64,000 nucleotides of DNA from Escherichia coli 042. Lineage in GTDB: Bacteria; Pseudomonadota; Gammaproteobacteria; Enterobacterales; Enterobacteriaceae. Shown here piece by piece: positions 29,065 to 43,790 of this stretch. The stretch lies in NCBI RefSeq assembly GCF_000027125.1, contig NC_017626.1, one strand, 5' to 3'. The notes below the pieces were generated by a model. It did not search any database, was not told where the DNA came from, and saw only the letters and a program-made list of their open reading frames with translations. The position numbers and the translations under genes were made by a program. How positions within the stretch are numbered: the stretch's first letter is position 1; the number at the start of each line of letters is the position of its first letter.

Positions 29065-29736
29065 TCAAAGAATCATTTTATGAATTACAAAGCCTTCACC
29101 CAGATCGCTATTGACCTGTTGCCCGCGAAATTGTGCAACTGCACGCAGGCGATCCGGGCGCATATAATCACGATGGCCCTGGCTCTTATGCTGTTTTAAT
29201 GCAGCCAGTTTAATGGTGAAATATTCTTCTTCCACGGATTCAAAAACCTGTGGCATAAATGAAAGCCAGGTACTTGGCGTTTCATAGCCGAGAATTTGCG
29301 GAATAGCGCGACAGGCAACCATTGAGGCTTGATAGACTGCAAGATGATCCTGATGGCGGTCAGCATCATGCATGGTGTATACACGAATGATTTCTACATC
29401 AGACGGAATTTGTTTTTTAAGGACATCTTCCAGAGCGGAAATCATATCATTAAGTTGTAAATGAGTACGGGTGTCAGCAAAATTAAAATGAATAGTTTGT
29501 TGACACCCCAAAATGTTTAATGCTTCGAGTGATTCTTGATGTCGATTAATTATTTCACTCACGCCGGAATTACCCGATGTCATCACTACCGCTGCAATAT
29601 AGAACCCTTTTTTTGCAAGACGAGCGAGCGACGCGCCACAGCCCAATTCTATATCGTCAGGATGTGCGCCAATAGCAAGGATACCCTTTCTTTTATTTGC
29701 CGAAGAAAGGATGGCTGAATCTAAAACCTTATCCAC
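29065..29736 (-). CDS. yaiS: LmbE/PIG-L-like N-acetylglucosaminyl deacetylase
   Basis: ORF with AHPDDIELGCG motif near the N-terminus and a later HxDH motif; AT-rich coding sequence. Confidence 0.8.
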   Translation of the reverse strand: MDKVLDSAILSSANKRKGILAIGAHPDDIELGCGASLARLAKKGFYIAAVVMTSGNSGVSEIINRHQESLEALNILGCQQTIHFNFADTRTHLQLNDMISALEDVLKKQIPSDVEIIRVYTMHDADRHQDHLAVYQASMVACRAIPQILGYETPSTWLSFMPQVFESVEEEYFTIKLAALKQHKSQGHRDYMRPDRLRAVAQFRGQQVNSDLGEGFVIHKMIL

Positions 29737-30343
29737 TTAATGACACTCCATTTTATTTATTATACTACAAGCACAACGATGCCCACAGAGACGTAATCTC
29801 TGGCGCAGACAGATGCTAATATTTAAGTGTTAAAAATTGCTGATAGCTGAAAAATAAGGGGCTTTCAGGTACGTGGATACGACTGCGTAATCTTTTATGT
29901 AGTTCATATGTTAAGTGTTTGTGTGTTTGGTTTGTATAGTTATTTTGTTTTATATATTGTATTTAGATGTGATTTAGTTTGTCAATTAATTACATATTAA
30001 AAATATGTTCTATGCACGAATATGGATTATATACATTATGTGAATATATTATGTGGTTGATTGAGAATGATACAGTTATATATGCAATGTGAATATAATG
30101 GTTTCATTATATGTATTGCTGTTAATAAAATAAAAGACATTATAATCTGCTTGTTTATGCATTAATAAAATGAAGTGCAGTAACTTACTGAATTGTCAGA
30201 GTGGGTGTAATTGCATATTTAATCTTTCCTTTGCCGCTTTTTTGCTAAGAATAAAATCATCTGTGCGATAACGACTAATTCTTTTAATGAATGTTTTTAT
30301 TCCTGAATACTGCTCCTATAACAAGACAGGGGAGCAGACAATC

Positions 30344-31306
30344 ATGGCAATTTCATCGCGTAACACACTTCTTGCCGCACTGGCATTCATCGCTTTTCAG
30401 GCACAGGCGGTGAACGTCACCGTGGCCTATCAAACCTCCGCTGAACCGGCGAAAGTGGCTCAGGCTGATAACACCTTTGCTAAAGAGAGCGGGGCGACGG
30501 TGGACTGGCGTAAGTTTGACAGCGGAGCCAGCATCGTGCGGGCGCTGGCTTCAGGCGATGTCCAAATCGGTAACCTCGGTTCCAGCCCATTAGCGGTGGC
30601 AGCCAGCCAACAGGTGCCGATTGAAGTCTTCTTACTGGCGTCAAAACTGGGTAACTCCGAAGCGCTGGTGGTAAAGAAAACTATCAGCAAACCGGAAGAT
30701 CTGATTGGCAAACGCATCGCCGTACCGTTTATCTCCACCACCCATTACAGCCTGCTGGCGGCGCTGAAACACTGGGGTATAAAACCCGGACAAGTGGAGA
30801 TAGTGAACCTGCAGCCACCCGCGATTATCGCCGCATGGCAACGGGGAGACATTGATGGTGCTTATGTCTGGGCACCGGCGGTTAACGCCCTGGAAAAAGA
30901 CGGCAAGGTGCTGACCGATTCTGAACAGGTCGGGCAGTGGGGCGCGCCGACGCTGGATGTTTGGGTAGTGCGCAAAGATTTTGCCGAGAAACATCCTGAG
31001 GTAGTGAAAGCGTTCGCTAAAAGCGCCATCGATGCTCAGCAACCGTACATTGCTAACCCAGACGCGTGGCTGAAACAGCCGGAAAACATCAGCAAGCTGG
31101 CGCGTTTAAGCGGCGTGCCGGAAGGTGACGTGCCGGGGCTGGTGAAGGGGAATACCTATCTGACGCCGCAGCAACAAACGGCAGAACTGACCGGACCGGT
31201 GAACAAAGCAATTATCGACACCGCGCAGTTTTTGAAAGAGCAGGGCAAAGTCCCCGCCGTGGCGAATGATTACAGCCAGTACGTTACCTCGCGCTTCGTA
31301 CAATAA
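30344..31306 (+). CDS. tauA: Taurine ABC transporter periplasmic binding protein
   Basis: Translation MAISSRNTLLAALAFIAFQAQA (signal peptide); first gene of tauABCD. Confidence 0.92.
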   Translation: MAISSRNTLLAALAFIAFQAQAVNVTVAYQTSAEPAKVAQADNTFAKESGATVDWRKFDSGASIVRALASGDVQIGNLGSSPLAVAASQQVPIEVFLLASKLGNSEALVVKKTISKPEDLIGKRIAVPFISTTHYSLLAALKHWGIKPGQVEIVNLQPPAIIAAWQRGDIDGAYVWAPAVNALEKDGKVLTDSEQVGQWGAPTLDVWVVRKDFAEKHPEVVKAFAKSAIDAQQPYIANPDAWLKQPENISKLARLSGVPEGDVPGLVKGNTYLTPQQQTAELTGPVNKAIIDTAQFLKEQGKVPAVANDYSQYVTSRFVQ

Positions 31307-31318
31307 AAGGAGGCGCGG

Positions 31319-32086
31319 ATGCTGCAAATCTCTCATCTCTATGCCGATTATGGCGGCAAACTGGCGTTGGAAGATATCAACCTGACGCTGGAAAGCGGCG
31401 AGCTGCTGGTGGTGCTGGGGCCGTCTGGCTGCGGCAAAACCACCTTGCTGAATCTGATTGCCGGTTTTGTGCCTTATCAGCATGGCAGCATTCAACTGGC
31501 GGGTAAGTGCATTGAGGGACCGGGAGCAGAGCGGGGCGTGGTTTTTCAGAATGAAGGGCTGTTGCCGTGGCGTAATGTGGTAGACAACGTGGCGTTCGGC
31601 CTGCAACTGGCAGGTGTAGAGAAAGCACTGCGCCTGGAAATCGCGCACCAGATGCTGAAAAAAGTGGGGCTGGAAGGCGCAGAAAAACGCTATATCTGGC
31701 AGCTTTCCGGCGGTCAACGTCAGCGGGTAGGGATTGCCCGCGCGCTGGCGGCGAATCCCCAGCTGTTATTACTCGACGAACCGTTTGGCGCGCTGGACGC
31801 CTTCACCCGCGATCAGATGCAAACTCTGCTGCTGAAACTCTGGCAGGAGACAGGTAAGCAGGTGCTGTTGATTACCCACGATATAGAAGAAGCGGTGTTT
31901 ATGGCAACCGAACTGGTTCTGCTTTCACCCGGCCCAGGCCGTGTGCTGGAGCGGCTGCCGCTCAACTTTGCTCGCCGCTTTGTTGCGGGAGAGTCGAGCC
32001 GCAGCATCAAGTCCGATCCACAATTCATCGCCATGCGCGAATATGTTTTAAGCCGCGTATTTGAGCAACGGGAGGCGTTCTCATGA
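31319..32086 (+). CDS. tauB: Taurine ABC transporter ATPase
   Basis: Walker [13 protein letters not shown] signature LSGGQRQR. Confidence 0.94.
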   Translation: MLQISHLYADYGGKLALEDINLTLESGELLVVLGPSGCGKTTLLNLIAGFVPYQHGSIQLAGKCIEGPGAERGVVFQNEGLLPWRNVVDNVAFGLQLAGVEKALRLEIAHQMLKKVGLEGAEKRYIWQLSGGQRQRVGIARALAANPQLLLLDEPFGALDAFTRDQMQTLLLKLWQETGKQVLLITHDIEEAVFMATELVLLSPGPGRVLERLPLNFARRFVAGESSRSIKSDPQFIAMREYVLSRVFEQREAFS

Positions 32087-32910
32087 GTGTGCTCATTAAT
32101 GAAAAACTGCATTCGCGGCGGCTGAAATGGCGCTGGCCGCTCTCGCGTCAGGTGACCTTAAGCATTGGCACGTTAGCGGTTTTACTCACTGTATGGTGGA
32201 CGGTGGCGGCGCTGCAACTGATTAGCCCGCTGTTTTTGCCGCCGCCGCAACAAGTACTGGCAAAACTGCTCACCATTGCCGGACCGCAGGGATTTATGGA
32301 CGCCACCCTGTGGCAGCATCTGGCAGCCAGCCTGACGCGCATTGTGCTGGCGCTACTTGCGGCGGTGTTGATCGGCATTCCGGTTGGGATCGCCATGGGG
32401 CTAAGCCCGACGGTGCGCGGCATTCTGGATCCGATAATTGAATTGTATCGCCCGGTGCCGCCGCTGGCGTATTTGCCGCTGATGGTGATCTGGTTTGGTA
32501 TTGGTGAAACCTCGAAGATCTTACTGATCTATTTAGCGATTTTTGCACCTGTGGCGATGTCGGCGCTGGCGGGGGTGAAAAGCGCGCAGCAGGTTCGCAT
32601 TCGTGCCGCCCAGTCGCTGGGTGCCAGCCGTGCGCAGGTGCTGTGGTTTGTTATTTTGCCCGGTGCGCTGCCGGAAATTCTCACCGGATTACGCATTGGT
32701 CTGGGTGTGGGCTGGTCTACCCTGGTGGCGGCGGAGCTGATTGCCGCGACGCGCGGTTTGGGTTTTATGGTCCAGTCAGCGGGTGAATTTCTCGCGACTG
32801 ACGTGGTGCTGGCGGGGATCGCGGTGATTGCGATTATCGCCTTTCTTTTAGAACTGGGTCTGCGCGCGTTACAGCGCCGCCTCACGCCCTGGCATGGAGA
32901 AGTACAATGA
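32083..32910 (+). CDS. tauC: Taurine ABC transporter permease
   Basis: 275-aa multi-pass membrane protein, 4-bp overlap with tauB and tauD. Confidence 0.93.
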   Translation: MSVLINEKLHSRRLKWRWPLSRQVTLSIGTLAVLLTVWWTVAALQLISPLFLPPPQQVLAKLLTIAGPQGFMDATLWQHLAASLTRIVLALLAAVLIGIPVGIAMGLSPTVRGILDPIIELYRPVPPLAYLPLMVIWFGIGETSKILLIYLAIFAPVAMSALAGVKSAQQVRIRAAQSLGASRAQVLWFVILPGALPEILTGLRIGLGVGWSTLVAAELIAATRGLGFMVQSAGEFLATDVVLAGIAVIAIIAFLLELGLRALQRRLTPWHGEVQ

Positions 32911-33758
32911 GTGAACGTCTGAGCATTACCCCGCTGGGGCCGTATATTGGCGCACAAATTACGGGTGCCGACCTGACGCGCCCGTTAAGTGATAACCAGT
33001 TTGAACAGCTTTACCATGCGGTACTGCGTCATCAGGTGGTGTTTCTGCGTGAACAGGCCATTACGCCGCAGCAGCAACGCGCGCTGGCCCAGCGTTTTGG
33101 CGAGCTGCATATTCATCCTGTTTACCCTCATGCCGAAGGGGTTGACGAGATTATCGTACTGGATACTCATAACGATAATCCGCCAGATAACGACAACTGG
33201 CATACCGATGTGACATTTATTGAAACGCCTCCTGCTGGGGCGATTCTGGCGGCGAAAGAGTTACCCTCGACTGGCGGCGATACGCTATGGACCAGCGGTA
33301 TTGCGGCGTATGAGGCACTCTCTGTTCCCTTCCGCCAGCTGTTGAGCGGGCTGCGTGCGGAGCATGATTTCCGTAAATCGTTCCCAGAATACAAATACCG
33401 CAAAACGGAGGAGGAGCATCAACGCTGGCGCGAGGCGGTCGCGAAAAATCCGCCGTTACTACATCCGGTGGTGCGAACGCATCCGGTGAGCGGTAAACAG
33501 GCGCTGTTTGTGAATGAAGGCTTTACTACGCGAATTGTTGATGTCAGCGAGAAAGAGAGCGAAGCCTTGTTAAGTTTTTTGTTTGCCCATATCACCAAAC
33601 CGGAGTTTCAGGTGCGCTGGCGCTGGCAACCAAATGATATTGCGATTTGGGATAACCGCGTGACTCAGCACTATGCCAATGCGGATTACCTGCCACAGCG
33701 GCGGATAATGCATCGGGCGACAATCCTTGGGGATAAACCGTTTTATCGGGCGGGGTAA
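32907..33758 (+). CDS. tauD: Taurine dioxygenase (alpha-ketoglutarate dependent)
   Basis: 283-aa [32 protein letters not shown]; HxD...H iron-binding residues. Confidence 0.94.
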   Translation: MSERLSITPLGPYIGAQITGADLTRPLSDNQFEQLYHAVLRHQVVFLREQAITPQQQRALAQRFGELHIHPVYPHAEGVDEIIVLDTHNDNPPDNDNWHTDVTFIETPPAGAILAAKELPSTGGDTLWTSGIAAYEALSVPFRQLLSGLRAEHDFRKSFPEYKYRKTEEEHQRWREAVAKNPPLLHPVVRTHPVSGKQALFVNEGFTTRIVDVSEKESEALLSFLFAHITKPEFQVRWRWQPNDIAIWDNRVTQHYANADYLPQRRIMHRATILGDKPFYRAG

Positions 33759-33797
33759 GGGGGAAATGCCGGGTTGGATAACCCGGCATAATGATCA

Positions 33798-34772
33798 TTA
33801 ACGCAGAATCTTCTTCTCAGCCAAATCCAGCGCAAAGTAGCTGAAAATCAGATCCGCACCCGCACGCTTAATCGAACCTAAGCTTTCGAGCACGACTTTC
33901 TCTTCATCTATAGCACCCGCCAGCGCGGCGAACTTAATCATCGCATACTCACCGCTCACCTGATACGCGCCAATCGGCAATTCAGTACGTCCACGCAGCT
34001 CACGCACGATGTCGAGGTACGCTCCAGCTGGTTTCACCATCAGGCAGTCTGCGCCCTGGGCTTCATCCAGCAATGATTCACGAATCGCCTCACGACGGTT
34101 CATTGGGTTCATCTGATAGCTTTTGCGGTCGCCTTTTAATGCGCTTCCTGCCGCTTCGCGGAACGGGCCATAAAAGGAAGAGGCAAACTTGGTCGAATAC
34201 GACATAATCGCCGTATCTTTAAAGCCCGCAGCGTCCAGCGCCTGGCGAATCGCCTGTACCTGACCATCCATCGCGGCGGAAGGGGCGATGAAGTCCGCAC
34301 CTGCAGCAGCTGCAACCACGGCTTGCTTGCCTAAATTTTCCAGAGTCGCGTCGTTGTCGACGCCATGCTCGCACAGCACACCGCAGTGACCGTGAGAAGT
34401 GTATTCACAAAAGCAGGTGTCTGACATCACGATCATTTCAGGCACGGTCTGCTTGCAGATGCGCGACATCCGCGCCACCAGTCCATCTTCCCGCCAGGCA
34501 TCGCTGCCGGTTTCATCGGTATGGTGAGAGATGCCGAAAGTCATCACGGAACGAATACCGGCGTTGGCGATGCGTTCAATTTCGCGTGCCAGATGTTTCT
34601 CAGGAATGCGCATCACGCCTGGCATGGCTTCAACGGCTTTGTAGTCGTCAATTTCTTCTTCAACAAAGATCGGCAACACCAGGTCGTTAAGGCTAAGTGT
34701 TGTCTCTTCAAACATAGCGCGCAGCGCAGGAGATTTGCGCAGGCGACGAGGGCGTTGGATTAAGTCTGTCAT
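33798..34772 (-). CDS. hemB: Porphobilinogen synthase (delta-aminolevulinate dehydratase)
   Basis: Translation [26 protein letters not shown]...; internal start chosen within ORF 33798..34883. Confidence 0.93.
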   Translation of the reverse strand: MTDLIQRPRRLRKSPALRAMFEETTLSLNDLVLPIFVEEEIDDYKAVEAMPGVMRIPEKHLAREIERIANAGIRSVMTFGISHHTDETGSDAWREDGLVARMSRICKQTVPEMIVMSDTCFCEYTSHGHCGVLCEHGVDNDATLENLGKQAVVAAAAGADFIAPSAAMDGQVQAIRQALDAAGFKDTAIMSYSTKFASSFYGPFREAAGSALKGDRKSYQMNPMNRREAIRESLLDEAQGADCLMVKPAGAYLDIVRELRGRTELPIGAYQVSGEYAMIKFAALAGAIDEEKVVLESLGSIKRAGADLIFSYFALDLAEKKILR

Positions 34773-35297
34773 GGTCTGCCTGATGTTTGTGGAATCGAGG
34801 GGCATAGTATACCTGAAGCAGGGTGGGGATGTTTTACGAAAGTTGTCGCGATGTTGACAAGAAGAGAATGAAAGAGAGTCCATGACATCTTTGTAATAGA
34901 AACAGCAATAATTTCATATTCACTGAAAATATTTTTAATTTTTATTTATATCCCTGGATTATTGTTTTTACGGATTTGATTGCGTTATCAAAAACAGAAT
35001 GATTTAAAGTTCATTGGTTATTGATAGATTATTTGTCTGGTTTGTGTGTTTGATATTTTAAATGCATATGCTTTAAAAATGGAACTCCTGTTAACTTGTT
35101 GAAACATCAAGCCTTTATCAATTTTTTCTTTGTGTGTTCCTCCGTGCTTTATATATGTCCGTAACCGGACTTCGGGGAAAGAATAATTGAACCATTCCTC
35201 TATAACGCCGCATAATCGTCAACGCGAAACATAAGATGTTTTCTATGCATTGATAATTGATGGATCAACTTATTACGTCCCTGAGGAGGGATGACAA

Positions 35298-38216
<2,919 letters not shown>

Positions 38217-38230
38217 TGAAGAAATAGGTT

Positions 38231-38913
<683 letters not shown>

Positions 38914-40071
38914 TCAGGATGCGGGGATGACCAACGGTTTATTCCCGCTCAGTTCGGTCACCAGGTCATTGATGCCATCGCTCATATTTTTAAAGCGCGT
39001 CAATGGCGAACGAGTGACCACCACAAATGCGCCAATGTTCTTCTGCGGGATCATCGCCATATAGGTAATGAAACCGCCACCACCACCTGTCTTCTGAATA
39101 ATCCCTGGACGACCCTCTTTCGGGGCCATATATACCCAGCCTAAACCAAGCGCGTCCGCTTTGCCGGGGACATCCATGCCAATCACTTTCGTAAACTGCG
39201 CGCGCTGATAAATCAACGTCTGCATGCGATCTGCCTGGTTACTGCGCTGATAAAAATCAGATGACAAATACTGCTGCATCCAGCGCATCATATCGCCAGG
39301 CGTGGAATAGACTCCGCCGCTGCCAATTGCCGCCAGCGTGTTATTGCACGGACTGGCACCACGCTCAGCAACCATTAAACGGCGGCACTGGTCCGGCGAG
39401 GGGGTGTAGGTGGTGTCTTTCATCCCCAATGGGCGGGTAATCTGCTCTTCAAACAACTGGGTATAAGGCTTGCCGGACGCATTCGCCAGTGCATCTGCCA
39501 GCAGGTCGAACGCAAGGTTGGAGTACGCGGCCTGGCTGCCCGGCGCGGCTTTTAGTTTGGCAGTGGAAAGGTATTTCCAGCGTTGCTCGCGCGTTGGCCA
39601 GACAAATACCGGACGATGTGCCGCGCCACCGGGCTGTTCACGGGGCAGGGCGCTGGTATGGGTTGCCAGATTCACTAGCGTAATGGGCGTCCCATTGTAG
39701 GTCGGTACGCGTGCGCCTGGCGGAGCATATTTACTTAGCGGATCGTTTAACTTCACGGTCCCCTGATCGAGCAATTTCACCAGCATCTCACTGGTCATTA
39801 ACTTGGTGAGGGAAGCAATACGTATGACCGAATCCAGCTGCGGGCGAACGTTATTACCAGGTCGCGTTTCGCCATAACTACGAAAGACGCGCTGGTTACC
39901 GTCGATAACTACCAGCGCCATCCCCGTGGCACCGCTGCCGTAAAAAATATAATCGGCATAACGATCGACAATATCAGAGGCAAACTCCGGTTCAGTGATC
40001 GGCTGCGCCGCATGGACGGAGGTCAATGACGCCGCACACAGCACGGCAGAAAAAAGCAGACTACGTTTCAA
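38914..40071 (-). CDS. ampH: Penicillin-binding protein AmpH (class C beta-lactamase-like)
   Basis: 385 aa with signal peptide and SLTK (SxxK) active-site motif. Confidence 0.92.
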   Translation of the reverse strand: MKRSLLFSAVLCAASLTSVHAAQPITEPEFASDIVDRYADYIFYGSGATGMALVVIDGNQRVFRSYGETRPGNNVRPQLDSVIRIASLTKLMTSEMLVKLLDQGTVKLNDPLSKYAPPGARVPTYNGTPITLVNLATHTSALPREQPGGAAHRPVFVWPTREQRWKYLSTAKLKAAPGSQAAYSNLAFDLLADALANASGKPYTQLFEEQITRPLGMKDTTYTPSPDQCRRLMVAERGASPCNNTLAAIGSGGVYSTPGDMMRWMQQYLSSDFYQRSNQADRMQTLIYQRAQFTKVIGMDVPGKADALGLGWVYMAPKEGRPGIIQKTGGGGGFITYMAMIPQKNIGAFVVVTRSPLTRFKNMSDGINDLVTELSGNKPLVIPAS

Positions 40072-40422
40072 CGGTGGTGTCCATAGATTGAATGAAGGTA
40101 ACTGAGCGTATTTATACTACTCATTGATGGATTGCAAAGGGCGAATTAGTGCAATAATAGTGTTAAAAACGTAACGGCGCGTAAACACGATCTTTTTCCT
40201 GCTCACCAATGCCTGCATTTGTGATCCTGCGCGTGTTAATCCGCTTATGTAAACAATCTTTGGTTTGTGAAATCCGTCGAAACAATTCTTATGCTCAGGC
40301 TGGCGAACTAAGCGCCTTGCTATGGGTCACAATGGGCGGTTTCATTTGGCTGACTCTTTGTAGCGGTCATGCGGTTAATACACAGCAGTTGTTAAAACGA
40401 TAAGAAGTTAGCAGGAGTGCAT

Positions 40423-41643
40423 ATGTTTAAGTCTTTTTTCCCAAAGCCGGGAACGTTTTTTCTCTCGGCCTTTGTTTGGGCATTGATTGCCGTTATCTTC
40501 TGGCAAGCAGGTGGGGGTGACTGGGTGGCGCGTATCACCGGAGCTTCCGGGCAAATCCCGATTAGCGCCGCGCGTTTCTGGTCGTTGGATTTTCTGATTT
40601 TTTACGCTTACTACATTGTTTGTGTAGGACTTTTTGCATTGTTCTGGTTTATCTACAGCCCGCATCGTTGGCAATACTGGTCAATACTCGGTACTGCACT
40701 GATCATCTTCGTCACCTGGTTTTTGGTGGAAGTCGGGGTCGCCGTCAACGCCTGGTATGCGCCGTTCTATGATCTGATTCAAACCGCGCTAAGTTCGCCG
40801 CATAAAGTCACCATCGAACAATTTTACCGCGAAGTGGGCGTCTTTCTGGGGATTGCGCTGATCGCGGTGGTGATCAGTGTGCTGAACAACTTCTTTGTCA
40901 GTCACTACGTGTTCCGCTGGCGTACAGCGATGAACGAATATTACATGGCGAACTGGCAACAACTGCGTCATATCGAAGGTGCCGCACAGCGTGTGCAGGA
41001 AGACACCATGCGTTTTGCTTCAACGCTGGAGAATATGGGCGTCAGCTTTATCAACGCTATCATGACGTTGATCGCCTTCCTGCCGGTGCTGGTAACGCTC
41101 TCCGCGCATGTGCCGGAGCTGCCGATTGTCGGGCACATTCCGTATGGCCTGGTGATTGCCGCTATCGTCTGGTCGCTGATGGGGACCGGATTGCTGGCAG
41201 TGGTAGGGATCAAACTGCCGGGGCTGGAGTTTAAAAACCAGCGTGTAGAGGCTGCCTACCGTAAAGAGCTGGTTTATGGTGAAGACGATGCCACGCGCGC
41301 GACGCCGCCTACGGTACGCGAGCTGTTTAGCGCCGTACGGAAAAACTATTTCCGCCTCTATTTTCACTATATGTATTTCAACATCGCCCGCATTCTCTAT
41401 TTGCAGGTCGATAACGTTTTCGGTTTGTTCTTGCTGTTTCCGTCAATTGTTGCCGGTACGATTACGCTCGGCCTGATGACGCAGATTACCAACGTTTTTG
41501 GTCAGGTTCGCGGAGCTTTCCAGTACCTGATTAACTCATGGACCACACTGGTTGAGTTGATGTCTATCTACAAACGTCTGCGCAGCTTTGAACATGAGCT
41601 GGATGGTGACAAAATTCAGGAAGTAACCCATACCTTGAGCTAA
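40423..41643 (+). CDS. sbmA: Peptide antibiotic/antimicrobial peptide transporter SbmA
   Basis: Translation [28 protein letters not shown], multi-pass membrane protein. Confidence 0.93.
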   Translation: MFKSFFPKPGTFFLSAFVWALIAVIFWQAGGGDWVARITGASGQIPISAARFWSLDFLIFYAYYIVCVGLFALFWFIYSPHRWQYWSILGTALIIFVTWFLVEVGVAVNAWYAPFYDLIQTALSSPHKVTIEQFYREVGVFLGIALIAVVISVLNNFFVSHYVFRWRTAMNEYYMANWQQLRHIEGAAQRVQEDTMRFASTLENMGVSFINAIMTLIAFLPVLVTLSAHVPELPIVGHIPYGLVIAAIVWSLMGTGLLAVVGIKLPGLEFKNQRVEAAYRKELVYGEDDATRATPPTVRELFSAVRKNYFRLYFHYMYFNIARILYLQVDNVFGLFLLFPSIVAGTITLGLMTQITNVFGQVRGAFQYLINSWTTLVELMSIYKRLRSFEHELDGDKIQEVTHTLS

Positions 41644-41655
41644 AAAGGAGAAGTA

Positions 41656-42750
41656 ATGTCGCGCGTCAATCATCTATCTTCGCTGTCATTGTTGGCGGTT
41701 CTGGTTTTAGCGGGGTGTAGTAGTCAGGCTCCGCAACCGTTGAAAAAGGGCGAAAAAGCGATAGATGTGGCGAGCGTCGTGCGGCAGAAGATGCCTGCGA
41801 GCGTGAAAGACCGCGATGCCTGGGCGAAAGATCTCGCCACCACGTTTGAAAGTCAGGGGCTGGCACCGACGCTGGAAAACGTCTGCTCGGTGCTGGCGGT
41901 GGCGCAGCAGGAGTCAAATTATCAGGCAGATCCGGCCGTTCCGGGCTTAAGCAAGATCGCCTGGCAAGAGATTGACCGTCGTGCTGAACGGATGCACATT
42001 CCTGCTTTTCTGGTGCATACCGCGCTAAAAATCAAATCGCCAAACGGCAAAAGCTATAGCGAGCGGTTAGATTCGGTGCGTACAGAAAAGCAATTGAGCG
42101 CGATTTTTGACGATCTGATCAGCATGGTGCCAATGGGGCAGACGTTGTTTGGTTCGCTTAATCCGGTGCGCACCGGTGGGCCGATGCAGGTCAGCATTGC
42201 TTTTGCCGAACAGCATACCAAAGGGTATCCGTGGAAAATGGACGGTACAGTCCGTCAGGAAGTCTTCAGTCGTCGCGGCGGGTTGTGGTTTGGTACTTAC
42301 CATTTACTGAATTATCCCGCCAGCTATAGCGCGCCGATATACCGTTTTGCTGATTTTAACGCTGGCTGGTACGCCAGCCGTAATGCCGCGTTTCAGAACG
42401 CGGTCAGTAAGGCCAGCGGCGTGAAGCTGGCACTGGACGGTGATTTAATTCGTTACGACAGTAAAGAGCCCGGGAAAACCGAACTGGCAACGCGCAAACT
42501 GGCGGGAAAACTGGGGATGAGCGACAGTGAAATTCGCCGCCAATTAGAGAAAGGCGACAGCTTCTCTTTTGAGGAGACGGCGCTGTACAAGAAAGTTTAT
42601 CAACTTGCCGAAGCGAAAACGGGGAAATCACTACCCCGCGAAATGTTGCCTGGCATTCAACTGGAAAGCCCGAAAATCACCCGCAACCTGACTACGGCCT
42701 GGTTTGCGAAGCGCGTAGACGAACGGCGGGCGCGTTGTATGAAACAGTGA
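41656..42750 (+). CDS. yaiW: Outer membrane lipoprotein YaiW
   Basis: 364 aa with lipobox LAGC; translationally adjacent to sbmA. Confidence 0.9.
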   Translation: MSRVNHLSSLSLLAVLVLAGCSSQAPQPLKKGEKAIDVASVVRQKMPASVKDRDAWAKDLATTFESQGLAPTLENVCSVLAVAQQESNYQADPAVPGLSKIAWQEIDRRAERMHIPAFLVHTALKIKSPNGKSYSERLDSVRTEKQLSAIFDDLISMVPMGQTLFGSLNPVRTGGPMQVSIAFAEQHTKGYPWKMDGTVRQEVFSRRGGLWFGTYHLLNYPASYSAPIYRFADFNAGWYASRNAAFQNAVSKASGVKLALDGDLIRYDSKEPGKTELATRKLAGKLGMSDSEIRRQLEKGDSFSFEETALYKKVYQLAEAKTGKSLPREMLPGIQLESPKITRNLTTAWFAKRVDERRARCMKQ

Positions 42751-42807
42751 TCAAACAGGAATGTCATGCCAGATAAGGCGTTTTAGGCCCTATCTGGCAA
42801 GTAAATC

Positions 42808-43116
42808 TTACTGGCGACGATGTCGCCAGTGCAGCCATAGCGCCACTACTGCAAAAATGAGGCAGCCTACTAAAAACGGGATCAGCCCGAAAATGGTGCC
42901 GACACCTAAACCAATTTCCACCCGTGGGCGACCTGTTTCCTGGACCTGCATTAAACGCTCATAGACGCCGGGCGCATGCACTAACAGGTTCAGCAATTGC
43001 GCCCCAGCCCAAAAGCAAAACAGCACAAACAACGCATAGGCAATATTGCCAGGCGTTGAAGAGGCATTGCGATATTTTCCGCTAAACAGCGATTTTGACA
43101 GGGTGAAATCAGCCAT
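42808..43116 (-). CDS. yaiY: Inner membrane protein YaiY
   Basis: 102-aa ORF with two hydrophobic helices. Confidence 0.85.
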
Positions 43117-43375
43117 AAAAACCTCCGGAAGTCATCTGCTTCTCTTCTGGTGTGATACCAGCGGCTTATGGCAAGTCTGACAGGACATTTAGATTGTCAA
43201 TATCAGAATCATGGTAAATTGATGTTGGGAATATTCCCGAAGCGTGAATCTTCGTCGTGAGTCACAAAATGATAACCTTAAGTTAAATTTATTAACAATT
43301 ACGGAAGTGTTGTCTACGCCACAGACGGTTGTTGCAGAATATGCAAGGATGTTGTTTTTCGTTAACGGAGCTGCC

Positions 43376-43588
43376 ATGAACTTGCCTGTAAAAATCCGCC
43401 GTGACTGGCACTACTATGCGTTCGCCATTGGCCTTATATTCATTCTTAATGGCGTGGTGGGTTTACTGGGATTTGAAGCAAAAGGTTGGCAGACCTATGC
43501 CGTCGGTCTGGTGACGTGGGTGATTAGTTTCTGGCTGGCGGGGCTGATTATTCGTCGTCGCGATGAAGAAACTGAAAACGCCCAATAA
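43376..43588 (+). CDS. yaiZ: Small membrane protein YaiZ
   Basis: 70-aa ORF MNLPVKIRRDWHYYAFAIGLIFILNG from the internal ATG of ORF 43244..43588. Confidence 0.8.
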   Translation: MNLPVKIRRDWHYYAFAIGLIFILNGVVGLLGFEAKGWQTYAVGLVTWVISFWLAGLIIRRRDEETENAQ

Positions 43589-43633
43589 CAGAGGATTGGG
43601 CGTTCTGGGGGCTGACAAAGTGCTCGTTGTTTT

Positions 43634-43737
43634 TGCCGGATGCGGCGCGAACGCCTTACCCTGCCTACAAAATCATGCAAAATCAGTATATTGCAATTAT
43701 CTGGTAGGCCTGATAAGCAAAGCGCATCAGGCAATCT
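43634..43737. repeat. REP elements (pair)
   Basis: gccggatgcggcgcgaacgccttaccctgcctac ... gtaggcctgataagcaaagcgcatcaggc. Confidence 0.85.
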
Positions 43738-43790
43738 TACTTTTTCCATCAGTCTTAAATGCCCAATAAAAGTTATCAGGCATTTAAAAA

